The notes beneath the pieces are model-generated. The model saw only the letters and a program-made list of their open reading frames with translations. It did no database searches and was not told where the DNA came from. Position numbers and translations under genes: made by a program. This document shows positions 17,041 to 24,482 of a stretch of 28,907 bases of DNA, one piece after another (the stretch's first letter is position 1; each line of letters begins with the position of its first letter). The DNA is from a virus (taxonomy: Duplodnaviria > Caudoviricetes), in IMG/VR virus record IMGVR_UViG_3300037524_000601, positions 1-28,907 of that record; one strand, given 5' to 3'.

Positions 17041-18500
17041 GGCGATGGCTGATGGCGGCGGCGCTGGTCGTGCTGGTGCCGGTCGAGGTGTGGGCGGCGT
17101 GTACAGGCGCGAGTCCGCGATGGGCGAGTAGCGCCGACTACACATCCCTGTGTGGATGCATCAAGGGAGCCACGGCGGGCGACACGATTACCGTCACCGG
17201 GGACGCGACGTGGACGACGTACTGTGAGTTCACGCGAGGCGTGAATCTAGTTGGAGTAGGCAATCCGACGATCACGGGCAAGACGCTCATGCTGTGGTGG
17301 CACTATAACGCGGCGGCGCAAACCGCGCACGATACGCTCACGATTAAGGGGTTTACGTTTGACGCCGACGAAGCCTCGCAGACGCAATTATCCGACGTGG
17401 GCATTATTACGCTCGGGTATACGACTGGTGGCAACTACGTATCGGTCGTGATCGTTGGCAATATCTTCAAGAACACGGAGGGACGCGGGATCTACAACTG
17501 GGGCCGCACGCATGGCGTCATTTCGCAGAACACGTTTGACCGGGTGCGTGTCCCGTTTGGACTCTATGGAGGCAACCACGATCAGTGGCTCGTAGACACA
17601 CAAGCCTTTGGTGGCGATCAGCAAGTCTATTTCGAGGGCAACCTGATTCAGTACTCGTCGGCTTTTCCCTACTCGCCGCGTGCTGTCTCTGGGGGAAACG
17701 GGGGGCAGGGTGTCATCCGGTACAACGATTGGAATATGCACAAGGAGTCGGGGACCGGGGATGACCTGTGGGAACTGCACGGCCTACAGCCCATGTTTAA
17801 GTCTGATGGCGTCACGTATTGTGGAACGGCGGTCGATTGCGACTTGTCCGTCAAGAAGGCAGATTCATACTCGAACATGAACAGCGAGTGGTATGGGAAC
17901 AACATCTATGGCGTGAATACAGGCCAGTGGATGATGGAATTACGCGGGGGGTGGGCGCTCCTGCACCACAACGCGTACGCGGCAACCTCTGGCAGCGGCT
18001 ACGGCATCACCTACAAAGAGTACTCCTGCGACATTACCCAGCGGTATTACGCCACGCATGGTTCATTCGTCATGCACATTGCGAATACCTACGTCTGGAA
18101 CAACTTTGACAAGGGGACTCGTTTCGGGCCGATCAACAAGAACTTCGATCTCTGCGCCGACAACGTGACGCCGACCAACGACCCGAACAAGTACACCATC
18201 ACCGAGAACGTCGATTACTGGAACGACAAGTACGCCACCTTTGATGGCACCTCCGGGGTGGGCTGTGGCACGATCGCGGCGCGTCCAGCCACTTGCACCA
18301 CGGGCGTCGGGTACTGGGTCACGGATCAGTCCTGCACGAGCCTGACGGGGATGATCGGGCGCTCACCCACCACGCCCATCAGCGGCGCCCTGTACAAATG
18401 CACGGCCACGAATACGTGGACGAGTTACTACACCCCCTACACCTACCCGCATCCGCTGGTGACGACGCTGCCCGCACCCGCCGCCGTGAGGGTCAAATGA
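17037..18500 (+). CDS. Secreted right-handed beta-helix (pectin-lyase-like) protein, Cys-rich
   Basis: Sec-type signal MRRWLMAAALVVLVPVEVWA; A.AGDTI.V..G; I.GFTFD; repeated x-I-x-x-N-x-F coils; 12 Cys; ends YTPYTYPHPL...PAPAAVRVK; lower GC by eye. Confidence 0.75.
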   Translation: MRRWLMAAALVVLVPVEVWAACTGASPRWASSADYTSLCGCIKGATAGDTITVTGDATWTTYCEFTRGVNLVGVGNPTITGKTLMLWWHYNAAAQTAHDTLTIKGFTFDADEASQTQLSDVGIITLGYTTGGNYVSVVIVGNIFKNTEGRGIYNWGRTHGVISQNTFDRVRVPFGLYGGNHDQWLVDTQAFGGDQQVYFEGNLIQYSSAFPYSPRAVSGGNGGQGVIRYNDWNMHKESGTGDDLWELHGLQPMFKSDGVTYCGTAVDCDLSVKKADSYSNMNSEWYGNNIYGVNTGQWMMELRGGWALLHHNAYAATSGSGYGITYKEYSCDITQRYYATHGSFVMHIANTYVWNNFDKGTRFGPINKNFDLCADNVTPTNDPNKYTITENVDYWNDKYATFDGTSGVGCGTIAARPATCTTGVGYWVTDQSCTSLTGMIGRSPTTPISGALYKCTATNTWTSYYTPYTYPHPLVTTLPAPAAVRVK

Positions 18501-18811
18501 GACGCTGGCTGATCGCGCTCGCCCTCGTCATCTTCGCGCTGCTCGTCGCGCTCGCGGTGTCGGCCAAACAGACGCCCGCGCAGATCGAGTGGACGCATTC
18601 CGGCGTTGGCGTCGTCAACTTTGAGTGCGTCATCGACGGTGTGGTGACCGGCAACCTGGGCCTGCCCACCCCGTCAGGCACAACCTATACGGCCAACCTC
18701 TCCCTGTGCGGGACGATTGCGGCGGGCCAGCATACGCTGGCGATTCAGGCGTGCAACGGGGCGGGATGCGTACCGTCAGCCTTGTTGACCCTTGTAAAAC
18801 TGGAGCCGTAG
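18497..18811 (+). CDS. Small secreted FN3/Ig-like protein
   Basis: ATG at 18497 (ATGA overlap); signal MRRWLIALALVIFALLVALAVSA; IEW...G.HTLAIQACN..GC..S; 4 Cys. Confidence 0.75.
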   Translation: MRRWLIALALVIFALLVALAVSAKQTPAQIEWTHSGVGVVNFECVIDGVVTGNLGLPTPSGTTYTANLSLCGTIAAGQHTLAIQACNGAGCVPSALLTLVKLEP

Positions 18812-19702
18812 ATGGCCGAGCAATGGTTCGGGAACACGACGGGCGACACTGATGCCGACATCTATTCCTACCCCGCGTGGAACAACGATGCGGTTGCCGC
18901 GTTTGTCTGTCCCGCTGATGGTGCGTTGACGGGTCTGCGGGCGAAAGTGCGCGTAGCGAGTGGGAGCCAGAGCATCCGCATCGCGCTGTATGCCGTGGCG
19001 GGGGATCGTGATTTCATCGCGCAAGGTAGCGCGGCCATCACCGTCTCGAACACGTCCTATGAGACGAAGACCCATACGGCCTTCGTGGATAGAACCGGGG
19101 CATCGGTAACGCCCAGCCTCACCAGTGGCACGCACTATATTGCGGTCATCGCTGGTCACAGTGGGACCGTTTATTGCGCCCGTAACACTACGTCAAGCGG
19201 TCTGCTCTACCGGCCCGGTGGATCATGGAACATCACCAACGCTGACGCATTCCCGGCGACACTCGAAGGCGGCACCGAATACGCGGGGCCAGTCTGCCTA
19301 GAGATCGGCGTGACGCCCGCCGCCACCGGCCAGGATCTGACCGGGGCCACGCTGGCCTCGGGCGCGTCCCTGCTCGCGGGCACGCTGGCCGTGGGCGCCG
19401 TCACGGTCACCGGCGCCACGCTCGCGGCGGGTTCGGCGCTGCTCGCTGCCACGCTGGCGCGGAACCAGATCGCGTTGCCGGTGCTGGACATCGCGGATGG
19501 CAACTGGATCTCGTACCCCTCCGGGATACCCGGCAACAACGTGGATATGTGGGCGGATCTGGACGAGACCGTGCCGAACGATACCAACGCGATTCGGAGC
19601 GGCGCGACCCCCTCGAATGACACCTACACCTGCGCGTTGTCGAGCCTGGCCACGCCCGGGGCTGGCGACGTGATTGTGCGCGTGCGCGCCCGGTACTGCT
19701 GA
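18812..19702 (+). CDS. Modular structural protein: beta-rich cargo domain, two stalk repeats, C-terminal half-domain
   Basis: IRIALY...LTSGTHYIAV jelly-roll-like N-part; LTGATLASGASLLAGTL-type repeat twice; C-terminal QIALP..D..GNW...LDE...VRVRA. Confidence 0.75.
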   Translation: MAEQWFGNTTGDTDADIYSYPAWNNDAVAAFVCPADGALTGLRAKVRVASGSQSIRIALYAVAGDRDFIAQGSAAITVSNTSYETKTHTAFVDRTGASVTPSLTSGTHYIAVIAGHSGTVYCARNTTSSGLLYRPGGSWNITNADAFPATLEGGTEYAGPVCLEIGVTPAATGQDLTGATLASGASLLAGTLAVGAVTVTGATLAAGSALLAATLARNQIALPVLDIADGNWISYPSGIPGNNVDMWADLDETVPNDTNAIRSGATPSNDTYTCALSSLATPGAGDVIVRVRARYC

Positions 19703-21057
19703 TGGCCTGGGCCGTCAATCGCCCTGCCGCCGGCACCGCGTATAGCCTGCCCACCCGTCTGTTCCCGGTCGATAACTGGTGGAACCTCAACGTCTCGGCC
19801 GCGCCGCTGGACGTGCGCTCGTCGGCTCTCATCGACTTCTGTGCGGGCGGGTCGCCCGATCTCGGCGGCAATCCGGCCCTCGACCTGGGGCTGGCGACTG
19901 ACTGGGGCAACAACTACGGGATGCCCTACTGCACGGTGAGTGGGGACCACCCGACCATCGTGTTTGCTTACGTCGGCTACAGCGGTGGGGCGAGCGGAGA
20001 CGATACTCGCGGGTTCCCCATTCCTGCCGCATCCATTACCGAAGCAGGTTGGACCGAGGATCTGGCCGGAACGATTGCGGCCCCCAAGTGGCTCGTTTCG
20101 ACAGGTAGTTACCGTGACCGCCACCTCCTCATCTTCGACGTCGATAACCAGTATCTCTACGAGATTTACCAGCCGTACTACAACGCGACGGCCAGCCCGC
20201 AGTCGGGCTTTATCGATCCAGACTACCCCGAGTACGGGACGATCTACCCATATGGCAACACGACCGTCATTCAACCCGGCACGTATGCCTGTCAGAGTTG
20301 TTCGTTCTGGGACGCCAAGACGAATGCCTACCGACCGCTGGGTGTGACGTCATCGGACGCGGCGGGACTCCAGGTGCTGCCGGGCCTCGTACAGTACGAC
20401 GAAATCATCAGCGGCCTACCGATCACGCACGCGCATCGGATGTGCCTGTATTCCAACTCCAGCGACGAGCCGAAGTACGTCTGGCCCGCCACGCATGAAG
20501 CGGGGTCATGGACGGCCAATCACCCGCCGCTCGGCACGCGGTTCCGGCTCAAGGCCTCCTACAACGCCACGGGCGAGTACGCGGTCTGCCAGACCTTCAT
20601 CCAGTCCCTGAAGGACTACGGCCTCATCTTTGTAGACCGTGGCGGGCATGGGCAGATCACCGGCACCAACGATACGCGGTGGGGCAGCAGCAGCGATTAC
20701 CCCCGGGTGCAGCTGGTGGACACCATCAGCCGGATCGACTTCGCCGATCTCGAAGTCGTCCAACTCGGCTGGACCCCCGCCACGACCACGAGTTACGTGC
20801 GCCTGTCGTGGCTGGGGCTGGACGTGCCGAGCCTGCCCTACCAATATGCGCGCCCCACCGCGGATCTCGACGCGGGCACCTGGGTGCCGTCGAGTGGCAG
20901 CACGCTGGCGCCGATGCTGGATGAGACGATCGCCGACGACGCGGACGACATCAGTTCGACGGGGAGTGGCGTCGAAACCGCCCTGCTGCGGCTGCGCGGG
21001 GCCAACCGGCCGATCGCGGGTCCGATCCGCTTGCGCGTCCGCGCCAAGAGGCACTGA
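19702..21057 (+). CDS. Modular protein: bacterial-type domain of unknown function, orphan strand, C-terminal half-domain
   Basis: FP.DNWWN..V..AP, YGMP, DRH, DAAGL.VLPGLV.YDE, YVWPA.H, PP.G.RFRLK, YG.I.VD.G; tail YVRLSWLGLDVP followed by QYARP..D..GTW...LDE...LRVRA. Confidence 0.8.
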   Translation: MAWAVNRPAAGTAYSLPTRLFPVDNWWNLNVSAAPLDVRSSALIDFCAGGSPDLGGNPALDLGLATDWGNNYGMPYCTVSGDHPTIVFAYVGYSGGASGDDTRGFPIPAASITEAGWTEDLAGTIAAPKWLVSTGSYRDRHLLIFDVDNQYLYEIYQPYYNATASPQSGFIDPDYPEYGTIYPYGNTTVIQPGTYACQSCSFWDAKTNAYRPLGVTSSDAAGLQVLPGLVQYDEIISGLPITHAHRMCLYSNSSDEPKYVWPATHEAGSWTANHPPLGTRFRLKASYNATGEYAVCQTFIQSLKDYGLIFVDRGGHGQITGTNDTRWGSSSDYPRVQLVDTISRIDFADLEVVQLGWTPATTTSYVRLSWLGLDVPSLPYQYARPTADLDAGTWVPSSGSTLAPMLDETIADDADDISSTGSGVETALLRLRGANRPIAGPIRLRVRAKRH

Positions 21058-23723
21058 TGGCCCTCACCCTCGACAAGTTCGCGTTCGGGCTGGATAGCGG
21101 CACCGAGTCCACGCACCCGTGGATTCCCGCCGGGACCAACGCGCACTATACCGGGGCCCCGCTCGATACGAACCTGCTGCTGCGCATCAACGTGCAGGAG
21201 TCGGACGTGACGGCCGTGGCGAATCTGGCCTGCACCTGGCAGTACAGCCGCAACGGGGGCGCGTGGACGAACATCACGACCACCTCAACTGTGGCGCGGG
21301 CGGTGCCCGTGGCCGTGTTTGCGAATGGCGCAAACTGCACCCAGCGGTTGGCCGGCACGGGCAGCTTTGAAACGAGCGGCGCGGGCTGTACCGAGGACGG
21401 CACGAGCGGCGGCAGCGCGAACGACCTGCTGCGCGCGGGCTGCACCGAACAAGAACTCGGCTTTCAGTTGCGATCCGCAGATCTGGTGGCCGGCGATTAC
21501 ATCGATTTCCGCGTGATCGGCTCCACCGCGATCACGGTGAATGCCGCCAACACGCCGCGCGCGTATATCGCCAAGGCCGTCGGGCTCATCAATATTGCCA
21601 CGGCCTCAGTCCTGCTGGCGTGCGCCGTCACGGTGGGCGCCGTCACCCTCGCGCCCCCCGCGCTGACGTCAACGGTCGATGTGCGGGACGCGCACGTGCT
21701 GACCGGCCCGGTGAACCAGGCGCTCAGTCTGGACACGATCCTAGGCGGCGCCAGCCTCACGGTCCCGACCGTCTCGCCCTCGCAGGCGCTCAGTCCGCCG
21801 ACCATCAGCGCCTGGTCGGCCCTGACCGCGCCGATCGTGCATCGGTTGGTGCTTGAGCTGTACGAAGGCACGACGCTCCGGGCCACGCGCGACTGGCCGC
21901 TCACCTCCACATTGACCACGCAGGCGTTCACGCTCACCACGGACGAGCGCACCGCCATCACCAACTGGGCCACGCTGCGCCTGTCGTGTGTCGCCGATGG
22001 GGTGCAGGTCGAGGTCAGCCAAGTCTACGTCGAGCTGCCGGAAGGGTTGGCGGCGGGCGGCCTGACGCAAGACGACACGATCAGCACCGGGGCGGTCCTC
22101 TCGGCGCCCGTGGTCGCGCCCGGCGCGGTGACCCTGCTCGCGCCCACGATCCCGACCGGCCTCACGCTGCTGGAGCCCCGCCTCGGGGGGATTCTCGACG
22201 GCGCCACGGTCGCCGCCGGGTCGGCCCTCTACGCGCCCACGGTGGCCGGGGCGGCCGTGACCCTCGTCCTGGGCGACACGATCGCGGCGGGCAGCACCGT
22301 GGCGGCGCCGACTCTGGAAGGCTGCACCGTCAGTCTGCTGCAAGGCAGCACCCTCATCGCCTCGACCGACCTGACACTGGGCGCCTCGCTCGCCACGTTC
22401 GCCTGGACGCTGACCACCGACCAGCGCAACGCCGTGACGGACTGGACCGCGCTGCGCGTGTCCGTTGTGGCCAGCGGGCGGCAGGTCGAAGTTAGCCAAC
22501 TCTACGCGGAACTCCCCGCATCGTCGGGCAACGACCTCTCTCTCCCCACGATCGGCAGCGGCCTGGTCCTGAACGAACCGGCCCTCGACGTGTTGGTGCT
22601 CGAACCGCCCACAATTGACAGCGGGAGCGTCGTCTACGAGCCGGCCCTCACCGTGCCGGTGATCCTCGCGCGGTTGTACGAGGGCACCACGCTGATCGTG
22701 CAGGTCGAGGTGCCGGTCCCGGACGTGTTCACGACGGCCGAGTTCCTGTTTGACGACAACGAATTGGCGGGGGTGAGCGACTGGTCGGACCTGCGACTGG
22801 AACTCGTCATCGAAGACGAGGTGGGGCGCGTTTCGTGGGCGGAACTCGAAACGCCCGCCGCCGATGCGGTGCAGCCGCCGACGATCGCGGCGGGCAGCGC
22901 GCTCACGGCGCCGGTCCTCACGCCCGCGGCGGCGACCCTCATCCTGCCGTTCCGCGCGAGCAGTGCGGCGCTGACGGCGCCTGCGCTCACGACCGGGGCG
23001 GTGCCCCTCTACCTGTCCACGATCGGCACGGGCGCCGCCCTGGCGGCCCCCAGTCTGGCAGTCGCCGGCGCGTCGCTGGACCTCACGGACACGATTGCGA
23101 CGGCGGCCACGCTGGCGGCGCCGACCGTGGCGTCTGGCGCGACCACGCTGACCGGCACGACGATCATCACGGGGATCGGGCTGGCCTACCCGCCCGCGCT
23201 CGATGTGGGCGCGGTGACGCTCGACGGGGCGACGCTGGACACGGGCGCGGCCCTCCTGGCGCCGGTGGTGACGGTGGCCAGTGCCAGCCTGGTGCTGACC
23301 GAGACGATGGCCAGCGGGGCCGCGCTCACCGCGCCGTCGATGGCCGCGCCGCTTGAGACGTTGCAGGCGCCGACCCTGGCCAGCACGGCCGCGCTCTCCG
23401 CGCCGACCCTGAACGTCTCGCCCGTGTTCCTCGTGGGCGCGTTCCTACCAGACGCCACGCAGGTCTCGGCGCCGTCGCTGACCCTGGCCTTGGTGAGGTT
23501 GACGGTCCCCGTCCTCGACGCCAGCCCCACGGTCTACGCGCCGGCGGTCATCGCCGGGCAACTGGTGGACGGCGCGCCCGCGCTCGCCGGCACGGTCCTG
23601 TACGCACCCGTCGTCAGCTTCATGTTTACCGGCGTGGTGTCCACCCGACGCACGTACACGCCGGACCCTGACGCGCGCACCTTTACGCCGGACCCCGAGG
23701 TCCGGGTCTGGATTGCCACATGA
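21057..23723 (+). CDS. Long fibre/stalk protein with about 21 repeats of about 22-24 aa and three inserted half-domains
   Basis: Repeat consensus roughly AVTL..PTI..G..L.AP.V; three related 66-aa inserts; C-terminal RTYTPDPDARTFTPDPEVR. Confidence 0.85.
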   Translation: MALTLDKFAFGLDSGTESTHPWIPAGTNAHYTGAPLDTNLLLRINVQESDVTAVANLACTWQYSRNGGAWTNITTTSTVARAVPVAVFANGANCTQRLAGTGSFETSGAGCTEDGTSGGSANDLLRAGCTEQELGFQLRSADLVAGDYIDFRVIGSTAITVNAANTPRAYIAKAVGLINIATASVLLACAVTVGAVTLAPPALTSTVDVRDAHVLTGPVNQALSLDTILGGASLTVPTVSPSQALSPPTISAWSALTAPIVHRLVLELYEGTTLRATRDWPLTSTLTTQAFTLTTDERTAITNWATLRLSCVADGVQVEVSQVYVELPEGLAAGGLTQDDTISTGAVLSAPVVAPGAVTLLAPTIPTGLTLLEPRLGGILDGATVAAGSALYAPTVAGAAVTLVLGDTIAAGSTVAAPTLEGCTVSLLQGSTLIASTDLTLGASLATFAWTLTTDQRNAVTDWTALRVSVVASGRQVEVSQLYAELPASSGNDLSLPTIGSGLVLNEPALDVLVLEPPTIDSGSVVYEPALTVPVILARLYEGTTLIVQVEVPVPDVFTTAEFLFDDNELAGVSDWSDLRLELVIEDEVGRVSWAELETPAADAVQPPTIAAGSALTAPVLTPAAATLILPFRASSAALTAPALTTGAVPLYLSTIGTGAALAAPSLAVAGASLDLTDTIATAATLAAPTVASGATTLTGTTIITGIGLAYPPALDVGAVTLDGATLDTGAALLAPVVTVASASLVLTETMASGAALTAPSMAAPLETLQAPTLASTAALSAPTLNVSPVFLVGAFLPDATQVSAPSLTLALVRLTVPVLDASPTVYAPAVIAGQLVDGAPALAGTVLYAPVVSFMFTGVVSTRRTYTPDPDARTFTPDPEVRVWIAT

Positions 23724-24010
23724 GCCAGAACACCCTCGACCCGCACGACCCGAGCGACGTGAAGGATTACGCCATCAACTGGGCCGCGCTGCTCATCGGG
23801 GATGGCGAGGCGGCGATCAGCAGTTCGACGTGGGGCGCGTCCGTTCCGACCGGCCTCACCATCAGTTCGACCACGGCCACCGCGACGCTGGCCGTCGTCT
23901 GGGTGACCGGCGGCGAGCCGGGCCGCACCTACGGGTTGACGAACAAGATCACCACGCCGCTGGGCCGCACGCACGAGCGCACGATTTTCGTGCCGTGTAA
24001 GCAGCTCTAG
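23720..24010 (+). CDS. Small fibre-adaptor/base-like virion protein
   Basis: HDPSDVKDYAINW...I.SSTW....GLT...VWVTGG..G..Y...N.ITT..GR..ER pattern, which I recognise from genes that follow fibre genes. Confidence 0.75.
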   Translation: MSQNTLDPHDPSDVKDYAINWAALLIGDGEAAISSSTWGASVPTGLTISSTTATATLAVVWVTGGEPGRTYGLTNKITTPLGRTHERTIFVPCKQL

Positions 24011-24057
24011 CCCTTGACCCTGCCGGAATCGGCCCGACACTCAGGGGCGAGGTGTGT

Positions 24058-24267
24058 ATGCAAACCCTGACGGACCCGATTCTGCACGACGTGGCGCGCA
24101 TCATTGAGCGCCACCCCGACCTGTCCCCGAGCTACAAGGCCCGGCTCCTGCAGGGGCTGGCTGCGATCGACGGGGAGGTGCGGTACTACGCGCGCAAGAC
24201 GAGCATCGTCCCACCGACAATTGACGCGTCGGTGCCTGACGCCCAGGCGCCGAAGGTGAAGCGATGA
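24058..24267 (+). CDS. Small helical hypothetical protein
   Basis: ATG at 24058 with SD GAGG; apparent paralog of the next gene. Confidence 0.65.
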   Translation: MQTLTDPILHDVARIIERHPDLSPSYKARLLQGLAAIDGEVRYYARKTSIVPPTIDASVPDAQAPKVKR

Positions 24268-24482
24268 CCGCGCGCAAGAAGGCGCTCCCGAAGCGCCAAA
24301 CAATTAGTGACCGAATTGGCGAAGATGTAAGGAGGGTGATCGCCACGCATCCAACACTGGAAGAGGACCAGCGCAAAACGCTGCTCAGAGACTTTCTGGC
24401 GCTAATGGAATCTCAACGTGCGCTACTGATGATTTGGAGTGGCATCAAGTACCATGTCCAGGCCACACGGAGGCTCAAGTGA
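24264..24482 (+). CDS. Small helical hypothetical protein (lower GC)
   Basis: Coupled on both sides; DVRRVIATHPTL versus DVARIIERHPDL in the previous gene. Confidence 0.65.
   Translation: MTARKKALPKRQTISDRIGEDVRRVIATHPTLEEDQRKTLLRDFLALMESQRALLMIWSGIKYHVQATRRLK

Noticed and set aside
19466-22856. Half-domains as pseudogene fragments or frameshift products
   Set aside because: The ORFs are intact and coupled, two genes end at the same split point, and the C-halves lie deep inside another ORF rather than just after a stop.
16426-23723. Diversity-generating retroelement or shufflon acting on the fibre genes
   Set aside because: No reverse transcriptase or invertase in the window, and no near-identical nucleotide repeat pair with adenine-specific differences seen; the similarity is at protein level only.
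24434-24478. Upstream starts given by the ORF track (also 1752, 4091, 4467, 4813, 6201, 18293, 28215)
   Set aside because: Downstream starts that overlap the previous stop codon, most with clear SD sequences, fit better and were used instead.
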